Below, piece after piece: positions 45,314 to 54,569 of a DNA stretch of 64,000 nt. This stretch comes from an uncultured Candidatus Saccharibacteria bacterium (GTDB lineage Bacteria; Patescibacteriota; Minisyncoccia; Phycocordibacterales; DATDWN01), in contig CAZTQY010000003.1 in the NCBI GenBank assembly GCA_964616425.1, positions 47,402 through 111,401 of the forward strand. Reading direction: 5' to 3'. The notes below the pieces were generated by a model. That model did no database searches. It was not told the DNA's origin and was given only the letters and a program-made list of their open reading frames with translations. Each line of letters opens with the position of its first letter. Position 1 is the first letter of the stretch. The position numbers were made by a program, and so were the translations under genes.

Positions 45314-47038
45314 ATGACTCAAGCTGAAGCTCTCGATATTTTAAAAATGGGCAAAAATGTTTTTCTCACTGGTCCTGCTGGTAGTGGAAAGACTCATGTT
45401 GTAAATGCGTATGTAAAGTATCTCAAGGAACATGCTGTTGATGTTGCAGTGACAGCATCTACTGGTATCGCAGCTACACACATAGGTGGACAAACTATAC
45501 ACTCATGGTCAGGACTCGGAATAAAAGATACTTTGACGGATTATGACATTGAAAATTTGATGGAGAGGCAGTACCTATATAAAAGATTTGAGAAAACAAA
45601 AGTTTTGATAATCGACGAGGTTTCAATGCTTCATCATTTTCGTCTCGACCTGATTGAGTGGATATGTCGTCAGATGAAACGTAACGAGTCACCGTTCGGA
45701 GGAATGCAAATTATTCTTTGTGGAGATTTTTTCCAGCTTCCTCCAGTTTCCCGCAGACGTTTTGATGGGGTGGATTTTATTGAACCTATAGAGTCTGAGT
45801 TCGCATTCAAAGCAGAAAGTTTTTTGAATTCAAAATTTACTATTTGCTACTTGTCTGAACAGCATAGACAAAAAGATAATACTTATTTATCAATTTTAAA
45901 TCAGATTCGTCAAAATAGAGTTAGTCAGAAAACTATAGATCTTTTGAAAACTCGTTTAAATATGGATCCAGATACGGGTAATGTTGTAACTCGTTTATAT
46001 ACTCACAATATTGATGTTGACGAGATAAACAAGAAACATTTGGGTCTGATAGATGGAAGTGAAAAAGTATATAGAATGAACTCAAAGGGGGCTCCATCTC
46101 TTGTTGAGTCTTTGAAAAAAAGTTGTCTTTCTCCAGAAGAATTAGTTTTAAAAAAGGGAGCAAGAGTGATGTTTACAAAAAATCAGCCTGAAGGTGGGTA
46201 TGTAAATGGAACATTGGGAGTTGTAAAAGACTTTAGCTCGTTTGGTGATCCTATTGTAGAAACAAATAACGGCATGACATTTCATGTATCACCTCAGCCA
46301 TGGAAGATAGAAGAAGAAGGAAAAGTTAAAGCAGAAATCGAACAACTCCCGCTCCGTCTAGCTTGGGCTATTACTGTTCACAAAAGTCAGGGAATGTCTC
46401 TAGATGCAATGGAAGTGGATTTATCAAAATCGTTTGTGAAAGGTATGGGTTACGTAGCTTTGTCACGAGTGCGATCACTAGATGGTATGAAGTTGCTTGG
46501 TTTCAATGACATGTCGCTTGAGATTGATATGGAGGTTTTGGAAATGGATCAGAGTTTTCAGGAAAAGTCAGATGAGGCAGTAGATAAACTAAAATCTATG
46601 GATAGAAAAGATATTGAGGATAAGCAGAAAAAGTTTATCGAAAGTATCGAGCCAGAAGAAAAAGTAAAAATTAAAGGAAAGCAACCGCTGAAAGCGAGCA
46701 GTGGTCGTATGACCGGAAAAGAACAAAAGAAAAGTACCCACGAAATTACTCGTGAAATGTTAGAGAAACAAATGTCTCTTGCGATGATTGCAGATAAAAG
46801 GGGAATCAAACAAGAAACAGTTGTCTCTCATGTTGAGGATTTGGTTAGAGAAAACAACTGTCCAGATATTGATTATCTAAAAAAAGAGTTGAAGCGAAGT
46901 GAGCTAGAGGAGATACTATCTGCTTTCGAAGAGCTCGACACTGATACGTTGTCATCAGTCTATAATTTACTTCAAAAAAGAAAAAAGAAGCCAAGTTATT
47001 TGAAAATTAGAATTGCTCGACTTTTTCTTGGTAAGTAA
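45314..47038 (+). CDS. Pif1-family ATP-dependent DNA helicase with C-terminal HTH-like extension
   Basis: Walker A GPAGSGKTH, Pif1 signature CGDFFQLPPV, Walker B LIIDEVSM. Confidence 0.8.
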   Translation: MTQAEALDILKMGKNVFLTGPAGSGKTHVVNAYVKYLKEHAVDVAVTASTGIAATHIGGQTIHSWSGLGIKDTLTDYDIENLMERQYLYKRFEKTKVLIIDEVSMLHHFRLDLIEWICRQMKRNESPFGGMQIILCGDFFQLPPVSRRRFDGVDFIEPIESEFAFKAESFLNSKFTICYLSEQHRQKDNTYLSILNQIRQNRVSQKTIDLLKTRLNMDPDTGNVVTRLYTHNIDVDEINKKHLGLIDGSEKVYRMNSKGAPSLVESLKKSCLSPEELVLKKGARVMFTKNQPEGGYVNGTLGVVKDFSSFGDPIVETNNGMTFHVSPQPWKIEEEGKVKAEIEQLPLRLAWAITVHKSQGMSLDAMEVDLSKSFVKGMGYVALSRVRSLDGMKLLGFNDMSLEIDMEVLEMDQSFQEKSDEAVDKLKSMDRKDIEDKQKKFIESIEPEEKVKIKGKQPLKASSGRMTGKEQKKSTHEITREMLEKQMSLAMIADKRGIKQETVVSHVEDLVRENNCPDIDYLKKELKRSELEEILSAFEELDTDTLSSVYNLLQKRKKKPSYLKIRIARLFLGK

Positions 47039-47100
47039 TACATACTTGACAAGTTTATATTATATGTTATGTTACCACTCAGTAACTAGGAGGGACGTAA

Positions 47101-47652
47101 GTGGCACATATAGATGAGGCAAGAGCAATTGAATACGTCAGGAATATCACTGTTTCGTATCTGAAGCGCAACGGTGTGCCCTGGCAAGTGTGGGATGATG
47201 CCATCCAGGAAGCACACCTCAAGATGGTCGTTCTCCTGCCCAAGTTCGATCCGACTCTGTCGTCGCTCAATACGTACCTGTACGTGCCGGTCATCGGGGC
47301 AGTCATTGATTTGCTTCGGCGGGCCGAGCACTACACGCGGGGTAAGAACCCGCGAACGATGCTTTCGATCGAGGATTGCAGAGAGCGAGTCAGCTCGTAC
47401 TTCCTTGATCGGGTGACAAGGTGTCGGGAAGAAAATCCTGAGCAGAGGTACTTCATGGACGTTGAGTGGCCGGAAATCGCCGCTCAAATGTTGGCTCGGT
47501 TGGAGCCGAGAGAACGGACTGTCGTCGAGATGTTGTACTTCCGCGGCATGTGCCAATCTGAGGTAGCCGCTCAAGTTGGCCTCTCTCAAAGCCGAGTTGC
47601 TCAGCTCAAGGCCTGCGCCTTCAAACACATGCAGGAAGCAGTTGCTAGTTAG
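47101..47652 (+). CDS. High-GC cassette K: sigma-70 family RNA polymerase sigma factor (small, ECF-like; GTG start)
   Basis: Region 2-like DAIQEAHLKMVVLLPKFDP..YLYVPVIGAVIDLLRR; region 4 HTH LEPRERTVVEMLYFRGMCQSEVAAQVGLSQSRVAQL. SD ggaggg. Confidence 0.7.
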   Translation: MAHIDEARAIEYVRNITVSYLKRNGVPWQVWDDAIQEAHLKMVVLLPKFDPTLSSLNTYLYVPVIGAVIDLLRRAEHYTRGKNPRTMLSIEDCRERVSSYFLDRVTRCREENPEQRYFMDVEWPEIAAQMLARLEPRERTVVEMLYFRGMCQSEVAAQVGLSQSRVAQLKACAFKHMQEAVAS

Positions 47653-47653
47653 A

Positions 47654-47690
47654 GGGCAGTCCTACGAAAAGGGACTGTCCCTTTTCGTAT
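47654..47690 (+). terminator. Terminator of cassette K
   Basis: gggcagtccc tacgaaaa gggactgtccc followed by ttttcg. Confidence 0.65.
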
Positions 47691-47740
47691 ATAAAAAAAT
47701 GAAAATGGTATAATGTGAACATAATATAATATTAATTATT

Positions 47741-48139
47741 ATGAACAATACATATTCTTGGTATCAAAATTTAATAAAACCTACCTGGGCACCACCTAGT
47801 TATTTGTTTGGTCCAGTTTGGTCTGTGCTTTATGTTTTAATCACTGTTTCGTATGGTTATGTTGGTTATTTGTATTTTGCGAAAAAGATTCCGTTTGTTG
47901 TGGTTCTACCTTTTATTTTGAATTTAATTTTTAATTTTGCTTTTTCTCCTATCCAGTTTGGATTACAAAATAATGTTTTGGCTTTGGTGGATATTTTGCT
48001 GGTTTTTGGAACTCTAGTCTGGGCGCTGTATTCTATATATCCGTATTTACCATGGGTCTCATACATTAACGTTCCTTATCTTCTATGGGTTTCTTTTGCG
48101 ACAGTTTTACAAATGACGATTACATATCTAAATAAATAA
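47741..48139 (+). CDS. TspO/MBR family membrane protein (short)
   Basis: WYQNLIKPTWAPP..GPVWSVLYVL signature. Confidence 0.75.
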   Translation: MNNTYSWYQNLIKPTWAPPSYLFGPVWSVLYVLITVSYGYVGYLYFAKKIPFVVVLPFILNLIFNFAFSPIQFGLQNNVLALVDILLVFGTLVWALYSIYPYLPWVSYINVPYLLWVSFATVLQMTITYLNK

Positions 48140-48471
48140 TGAAAAAAGATATTGATTTGGGTTTTATTCCACCAGCCAATGTTTCCAAAGAGGCTATTGA
48201 AGGATTGCGACTTAGGAAAAAGTTTGGTCGTGGTGGAACTATGGTTGGTGTTGCTCGCGCTAGGGATTTGAAGAACAGAAGACGATTGTCGAAAAAAACT
48301 ATTATTCGTATGTACTCATATTTTTCTAGACACAATGTCGACAAGCAGGGTAAAGATTTTTTTAATGAAATAAAGCCTTCCAATGGAAAGATTGCGTGGC
48401 TCCTGTGGGGCGGAGACAGTGGAGCAAGGTGGTGTTATGAGGTGTATAATAAGATAAAGTCTAAAAGTTAA
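48139..48471 (+). CDS. Hypothetical basic protein
   Basis: ORF with Lys/Arg-rich composition. No recognisable domain. Confidence 0.45.
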   Translation: MKKDIDLGFIPPANVSKEAIEGLRLRKKFGRGGTMVGVARARDLKNRRRLSKKTIIRMYSYFSRHNVDKQGKDFFNEIKPSNGKIAWLLWGGDSGARWCYEVYNKIKSKS

Positions 48472-48636
48472 AATACCAAAACACAGGAGCCTGTGGGGGG
48501 AGGTTGGGATTGGGACCCAACCGCAAGGCCGGAGCGCGGCGGCGCGAGGAGGGGTCGCAAGAAAAGTCAGCAGACTTTTACTTGTGACGTGACTCTCGAG
48601 CAAGATGGTGTTACGAAGTATATAAAAAAATAAAGA

Positions 48637-49635
48637 ATGAAACTTAGAGCATTGTATATTTTTACTGTCATATTGGTTATCTCTGGATTTTTTTATTTTA
48701 GAAATCCAGAGCATATATTTTTCTCTAGCATAAACATTTTCCAAGAACAAAAATTTTCTATTTTGAATTTTGGTGATGTGATGTTTGATAGAGGAGTTAG
48801 GAATATTATTGAAAACAGGGGTAGAGATCCGTTTGAATACATAAAAAAGGATTTAGATTTGATAAAAAAATATGATGTTGTTATTGCAAACCTGGAGGGT
48901 CCAATAGTGGAGATGGACAGGTCTCTCTGTCAGCAGAAAGCCTATAACTTTCAGTTTGCTCCCGATACTACAGATAGACTAAAGAGCGTTGGAATAAATA
49001 TGGTAAACATAGCAAACAACCATTCATATGACTGCTTTAGTCAGGGTTTTGAAAGTACAAAAAAATATTTGCAAAAAGCTGGGATTGATTATGTTGGTGA
49101 TACAGATATCGAAAAGAGTTATGTTGTTAAAAATATAAACGGAAAGAAAATTGCATTTGTTGGCATAGACCAGACTCTCCAAGCAATACCAGTTTCTAGT
49201 TTTTATCCTTTGATAAAAAAACTTAAATTAGAAAACGACTTTGTTGTAGTTGATATACATTGGGGCACAGAGTATGAGTTGACTGAGACTCCGACCCAAA
49301 CAGCTATTGCTCACAAGCTAATAGATAGTGGTGTAGATATTATTTTCGGACATCACCCACATGTCATAGAGCCAGTTAGGATATATAACGGAAAGGCGAT
49401 TTTCTACTCACTTGGAAATTTTGTTTTTGATCAGGTTGGAGAAAATGAGAATTCTGGTATTGGTGTTGGGGCAGAGTTCCAAAGTGGGAAGATAAAGTTT
49501 GAAATAATGCCTTATAAAATAAAAATATTTGATACAGATTTTCTAAAATACACAGATAAAAATAATTTTTGTGAAAAGTTTTTAAAAGATATAAAACACA
49601 ATAGTTGTAGTTTCGAATTGACAACTGGCCGTTAA
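48637..49635 (+). CDS. CapA/PgsA-family metallophosphatase (poly-gamma-glutamate capsule synthesis-like)
   Basis: ANLEGP, NIANNH, and GHHPHV motifs. Confidence 0.8.
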   Translation: MKLRALYIFTVILVISGFFYFRNPEHIFFSSINIFQEQKFSILNFGDVMFDRGVRNIIENRGRDPFEYIKKDLDLIKKYDVVIANLEGPIVEMDRSLCQQKAYNFQFAPDTTDRLKSVGINMVNIANNHSYDCFSQGFESTKKYLQKAGIDYVGDTDIEKSYVVKNINGKKIAFVGIDQTLQAIPVSSFYPLIKKLKLENDFVVVDIHWGTEYELTETPTQTAIAHKLIDSGVDIIFGHHPHVIEPVRIYNGKAIFYSLGNFVFDQVGENENSGIGVGAEFQSGKIKFEIMPYKIKIFDTDFLKYTDKNNFCEKFLKDIKHNSCSFELTTGR

Positions 49636-49681
49636 AGATTTATATAAGATATAGAACAAAGTCCATGGAGGGGCGAAAACT

Positions 49682-50059
49682 ATGTCTGTAAGTAGGAGTT
49701 GGGTTGTCGAGATCGATGATTCGATGAGCATCGCAATCATCACGTCGGTAAAGCTTCGGGGTAACTTCGGAAACGGGACCAGAACTTTCTATCCGGGTCA
49801 GCGAGTCCTGCTGACCGTGGATGTCACGGCTCTCGGTCTCGTAAAGGGAGATGAGGTCGTTATTCAAAGCCTCAGCATTCCTGGCGGAGGCAGAAAGTTC
49901 ATCCAGATCGGTCCTGTGCCAAGCGGACAGAAGGTTGACATTTCTCACCTCCAAGTTGCTGAGCTTCCTCAGTCGGTGGAGCCTGCACTGCCGGATTCTG
50001 TTCCTCATGACTGCTCGGCAGTCGAGGAGCCGGAGCCGGCTGGCTACGGTCTCGTCTGA
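49682..50059 (+). CDS. High-GC cassette M gene 1: hypothetical 125-aa protein
   Basis: SD ggagggg, followed by a terminator. Confidence 0.5.
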   Translation: MSVSRSWVVEIDDSMSIAIITSVKLRGNFGNGTRTFYPGQRVLLTVDVTALGLVKGDEVVIQSLSIPGGGRKFIQIGPVPSGQKVDISHLQVAELPQSVEPALPDSVPHDCSAVEEPEPAGYGLV

Positions 50060-50075
50060 AGATCTTTTCTTTACG

Positions 50076-50114
50076 CCTCGCGTGTGGTTTTCACCACTCG
50101 CGAGGTTTCACTTT
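50076..50114 (+). terminator. Terminator, copy 1 of a duplicated terminator element
   Basis: cctcgcgtgtggttttcaccactcgcgagg followed by tttcacttt. Confidence 0.6.
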
Positions 50115-50122
50115 AAAAAAAT

Positions 50123-50151
50123 TTGACCATTGGTGGTATTAAGATTATAAA
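50123..50151 (+). promoter_or_regulatory. Promoter TTGACC-17-TATAAA for cassette M gene 2
   Basis: ttgaccattggtggtattaagattataaa, then SD aggagg. Confidence 0.5.
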
Positions 50152-50168
50152 TATGTGTAGGAGGAGCT

Positions 50169-50558
50169 ATGTCAAAAAGCTCAGTTTACTACTATGTCGG
50201 CTACGACAAGAGCGAGGGAGCTGAGCCAAGAGTCGAGTCGGTCTCAGTTGAGACTGCATCGCGGTCCTTGTACTTCGAGTTGTCGGGTACGATTATCTTG
50301 GAGAAATTCATCCACGGCTTGAGTCGGACTTTTTTCCCAGCTGAGAGAGCCAGTATTATGGAGCTGAAGGCTCCATGCTTTTCAAGCAGTGAAGAAGATT
50401 TGGCTTTTATCGGGGCTATGTTCGAAGGTTCCGACGAGTTGGTTTGGGTTCGACTCAGCCAGGTCAAGAAAGCGTTCACTGCGAAGAAAAGCGAAAGGAG
50501 TGAGGTTCATCCAGAAGATCTGTATGTCTACCCACCCGCTGGCTCCGAGCCGTTCTAG
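50169..50558 (+). CDS. High-GC cassette M gene 2: hypothetical 129-aa protein
   Basis: SD aggagg, with its own promoter and terminator. Confidence 0.5.
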   Translation: MSKSSVYYYVGYDKSEGAEPRVESVSVETASRSLYFELSGTIILEKFIHGLSRTFFPAERASIMELKAPCFSSSEEDLAFIGAMFEGSDELVWVRLSQVKKAFTAKKSERSEVHPEDLYVYPPAGSEPF

Positions 50559-50581
50559 TTCCGTCTACCCCTAGTACCTCG

Positions 50582-50621
50582 CGTGTGGTCGTTCACCACC
50601 CGCGAGGTTTCTCTTTGTTAG
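50582..50621 (+). terminator. Terminator, copy 2 of duplicated element
   Basis: cctcgcgtgtggtcgttcaccacccgcgagg followed by tttctcttt. Confidence 0.6.
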
Positions 50622-50698
50622 AACTCACATAAATTTGACGCTTTTTGAAAAATTTATTGAAGTAATTGACATCAAGAACCTAATGGTATAATTGTCTT

Positions 50699-53600
50699 AT
50701 GAAAAAATTAATGTATATTTTAATCGCCGTCATTGTGCTGAACGGCTTTTTTATTACAAAAACGTATTCTTATTCTTCGTCAGATTTAAATAATAATGGA
50801 ATTCTCGATAACACTGAGTCAGAGGTAATAGTGGATACAAATCAAACACTTCCTTCAGGAGAATACATATTCAATGATTTATATATTACTAATGGCGCAA
50901 CACTGACTTTGGAAGGTAACCCGGATTCTCTAGAATCTTTTAAGGGTGTGAAAATAATTTCAAATAATTTAACTGTAGATTTTGATTCTTCAATCTCCGC
51001 AGACAAAAATGGTTACGGATATTTGTCGGGACTAGGAGCACCAACAACTTTGTATTCTGACGGTGCAAGTTACGGAGGTGCTGGTAGTGGTAACAGTACT
51101 TCCACAATATATGGTTCTTCTGAAATTCCATTGGACCTAGGTAGTGGTGGGGTATTAAATGGTGGTGGAGCAATTCAGCTTATAATCAGTAATAGTTTAA
51201 TAAATAATGGAAGCATTTCAGCCAGAGGGGATGCTTCAGGTAGTGGAGGTAGTATATATGTAAGAACTGGTAGTCTCATGGGTTCTGGTGTTTTTGACGC
51301 AGATGGGGGTAGACTTTTTGCACGCGGATATTTTTGGGGTCCTGGTGGAGGTGGTCGTGTAGCCGTGTATTATAATTCATCAAATTTTTCTGGAACAGTT
51401 TCAGCAAATGGTGGTTGTGGTAGCTATGATGGTTGGTCTATGACTTGTGCAGAAAATGGTACTGCGGGCATGTTTGACGTTCTTGGTAATGATTTATATG
51501 TTAATAAATCTTGGAGGTTTCAAAAGAACGATAGTCCAATAAATCTTAATCATATTTATCTAACACCAAATACTGAGTTAAAAACCGATGAGGATGTAAT
51601 AATAAATATTGCTACTCTATTACTTAATTCTAGATCTACTTTGAATTTATCTAAGAATGATACTGTAAATATTCCAAGTATATATTTATCTGGTGAATCA
51701 AAAATAAATCTTTCTGGAGAAGAAATTTTAAATACTAGTTTATTGGATTTGTCTGGTGGCTCAAGTGTAACTGTGGCTCAGAAAAAAGTTTTGAAACTTG
51801 AGATTCCTAAAATATCAATTTCTTTAGATTCATTTATTTCTGCTGATGAAAAGGGATATGATTATGGTACTGGACCTGGATCTTCTCCAGAATATACATC
51901 AGGGGCAAGTTATGGGGGGTTGGGCTATAACAATATACCTAGTTCAATCTATGGGTCAGATTTAGCTCCCATAGATTTTGGTAGTGCTGGTAACGGTCGT
52001 AATCCAAACGGTGGCGGTGCTATCCGTTTGATTGTATCTGATACTCTGTTAAATAATGGGAGGATATCTGCAAATGGTTCAAATACTTCAAGTGGTGGAA
52101 GTGTTTATATTACAACTAAAAAATTGGATGGAACTGGAGTTATTCAGGCGAATGGTGGCCCCTCATATTGTCCAAATATCTGCTTGGGTCCTGGTGGAGG
52201 AGGTCGTGTGGCTGTGTATTATCAAGATAATACATTTACTGGTTCAATAAAGGCTTCAGGTTATAGTGGGTACGGAGGATTTAGTGAGAATGGTACAGTT
52301 GTGTTTGAATCATCAACTCCAGAATGTGCTGTAGATTGTTTTTCAAATGTTTTATTTATTCCTGGACTCGAAGCAAGTAGGTTGTACGAAAAGAAGACTG
52401 TTCTTGGGATAGAAGTTGAAGATCAATTGTGGGAGCCGAATTTTCCAGGGGAAGTGAATAAGCTTTATTTAAATGAGAATGGCTCATCTTTAAATGAAAA
52501 TATTTATACAAAAGATATTATCAGAACTGGTAGTTTATTCGGCTTTTTTCAATTAGATATTTATAAGAGTTTTGAGGACAGTATGGGTAGTCTGGTTTTG
52601 GAGAACAAAATTAATGATTGGGAATCTTTTCCATATGATTGGAGACAGGATGTCCAGGATATTGTCGATAATGGGACAATGTATAAAGATGGTCAAGTTG
52701 TTTCAATAATAGACACTCTTCAGTCATTGGTTGATTCATCAAAAAATGGAAAAGTCACAATTATCTCTCATAGTAATGGTGGTTTGATAGCCAAGGCTTT
52801 AGTTAAAAAAATTGGTGAAATGAAGCAATCAGGTCAAAGTGATTTGATTGATCATATTGATAGGGTTATTTTAGTCGCTTCTCCTCAACTTGGTACACCA
52901 AGCGCTTTATCTGGTGTATTGCATGGTTATAAACAATCGATACCGGCAGGATTAATGACTGAAATTCAGGCACGTAATTTGGCTAAAAATATGCCGTCTG
53001 CATATGGTCTTTTGCCATCAAAAAAATATTTTGATCAGCTTGGTGTTGGATACGTTGGAATTTTCTCTTCAACTTCTCCGGGAATATATAAAAATATTTA
53101 TAGTAGTGAAATAAATAATTATGAAGAGCAAAATAATTTTATTTTGGGTGTGGAGGGTAGGTCTGAACCTAAAGAAACAGACTTGATCAATCCAATTAAA
53201 GGTAACGAACTATTGTTAGAAAAAGCGGAAAATTTGCATGATTTAATTGATCAGAATGTTTTTCCAGATTCAATTAAAGTTATAGATATAGCAGGTTGGG
53301 GTAAGGAAACTATTTCTGGTATAACATATACAGATTCTGATATACAACCAATATACACAATACGAGGAGACAAAACAGTGGTGGTCCCAAGTGCTTTGTA
53401 TGGACAAGGAACAAAGTATTGGCTGGACTTAAGTCAATCAAAATTGCAACATAATAATATTTTAGAAGATTCTCAGCTCCTAGATTTTATTGTAAGTACA
53501 TTAACTCAAAAACCTCCAGTTTTTTCTCTAGTAACAGATAGTGAGCCTCTACAAGTTGGAGATAGATTACATTTGAGTGTTCATTCTCCAGTTTCTATTG

Positions 53601-54244
53601 GTGTGCATGACGAGTATGGAAATTTTACAGGTAAAGTTTGTGATGATAGTGGCCTCTGTAATGTTATAGAGGATATACCAGGAAGTACGTATTTTGAATT
53701 TGGCGAAGGTAAATATTTAAATTTAGGTAATGGGAATATTCAAAAGATTGAATTACATGGAACAGGCGTAGGAACATTCACTTTTGATTTAGACATAGTT
53801 CATGCAGACAAAACGACTACAGACTTTAGTTTTATCGATATTCCAGTTACAAATTTATCAAAAGCAGAAGTTGTGTTAGATCAAAATAATATCCCAAACA
53901 TTAAGCTTGATGTTTCTGGAGATGGTGTTAATGATTTTGATATAGAACCATCTAATAATTTTGATCCAGTTACTTATCTTCAGATAATGAAAAGCACGAT
54001 AAATTCTCTAGATATTTCACGAAATAAAAAAGAAGAATTGAATAAAAAAATAGATAAGATAATAAAATCTATACAGAAGAACAAATTGAAGAAAATTACC
54101 GAGGCTCTAAATAAATTTAAGCAAGAGGTAAATAAGAGCATGTCTAGAGAGGACCGAGAGCATAGTAAAAAAGGGAACATATCAAAATCGGATGCACAGA
54201 TGTTGCTTGATATGTTGAACAAATTATTAGATAATTTAAGTTAA
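50699..54244 (+). CDS. Giant secreted/surface protein (1181 aa): signal peptide, tandemly duplicated Gly-rich beta-helix-like repeat (about 250 aa x2), central alpha/beta-hydrolase (lipase/PGAP1-like) domain, C-terminal coiled coil
   Basis: Internal repeat ISAD.NGYGY..GASYGG..GGGAI.LI.S..L.NNG.ISA.G..SGGS.Y..T.....G...A.GG..GPGGGGRVAVYY. Nucleophile elbow ISHSNGG. Confidence 0.75.
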   Translation: MKKLMYILIAVIVLNGFFITKTYSYSSSDLNNNGILDNTESEVIVDTNQTLPSGEYIFNDLYITNGATLTLEGNPDSLESFKGVKIISNNLTVDFDSSISADKNGYGYLSGLGAPTTLYSDGASYGGAGSGNSTSTIYGSSEIPLDLGSGGVLNGGGAIQLIISNSLINNGSISARGDASGSGGSIYVRTGSLMGSGVFDADGGRLFARGYFWGPGGGGRVAVYYNSSNFSGTVSANGGCGSYDGWSMTCAENGTAGMFDVLGNDLYVNKSWRFQKNDSPINLNHIYLTPNTELKTDEDVIINIATLLLNSRSTLNLSKNDTVNIPSIYLSGESKINLSGEEILNTSLLDLSGGSSVTVAQKKVLKLEIPKISISLDSFISADEKGYDYGTGPGSSPEYTSGASYGGLGYNNIPSSIYGSDLAPIDFGSAGNGRNPNGGGAIRLIVSDTLLNNGRISANGSNTSSGGSVYITTKKLDGTGVIQANGGPSYCPNICLGPGGGGRVAVYYQDNTFTGSIKASGYSGYGGFSENGTVVFESSTPECAVDCFSNVLFIPGLEASRLYEKKTVLGIEVEDQLWEPNFPGEVNKLYLNENGSSLNENIYTKDIIRTGSLFGFFQLDIYKSFEDSMGSLVLENKINDWESFPYDWRQDVQDIVDNGTMYKDGQVVSIIDTLQSLVDSSKNGKVTIISHSNGGLIAKALVKKIGEMKQSGQSDLIDHIDRVILVASPQLGTPSALSGVLHGYKQSIPAGLMTEIQARNLAKNMPSAYGLLPSKKYFDQLGVGYVGIFSSTSPGIYKNIYSSEINNYEEQNNFILGVEGRSEPKETDLINPIKGNELLLEKAENLHDLIDQNVFPDSIKVIDIAGWGKETISGITYTDSDIQPIYTIRGDKTVVVPSALYGQGTKYWLDLSQSKLQHNNILEDSQLLDFIVSTLTQKPPVFSLVTDSEPLQVGDRLHLSVHSPVSIGVHDEYGNFTGKVCDDSGLCNVIEDIPGSTYFEFGEGKYLNLGNGNIQKIELHGTGVGTFTFDLDIVHADKTTTDFSFIDIPVTNLSKAEVVLDQNNIPNIKLDVSGDGVNDFDIEPSNNFDPVTYLQIMKSTINSLDISRNKKEELNKKIDKIIKSIQKNKLKKITEALNKFKQEVNKSMSREDREHSKKGNISKSDAQMLLDMLNKLLDNLS

Positions 54245-54245
54245 T

Positions 54246-54557
54246 ATGGTTGAAAAAATAAAAATAACTAAATGGGTGTATAGATTTTCACTAGTACTTT
54301 TTTTTGTCACACTACTTTCATTGTTTACTGAATTTACTAAGTTTGGCTACAACTTTCTCTATTTAGCGTCTTGGTTGGTTTTGTATTGTGTTTACTTGTC
54401 TCCAATTATGATTTTTTTAGTATTTATTGATTGGATATTTAGGCACGATTCAAGTTCTAAAAAAGGAATTATAGCAGTTATTATAAACGTTCTCATTCTC
54501 ATTGTTGTAGTATATTACGGTAATCATCTTTTTGATAACTTTATGTCATTAAGTTAA
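54246..54557 (+). CDS. Small polytopic membrane protein (103 aa), translationally coupled to the giant protein gene
   Basis: Three hydrophobic segments, 1-nt spacer from the upstream stop. Confidence 0.5.
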   Translation: MVEKIKITKWVYRFSLVLFFVTLLSLFTEFTKFGYNFLYLASWLVLYCVYLSPIMIFLVFIDWIFRHDSSSKKGIIAVIINVLILIVVVYYGNHLFDNFMSLS

Positions 54558-54569
54558 TATAAATAAATC

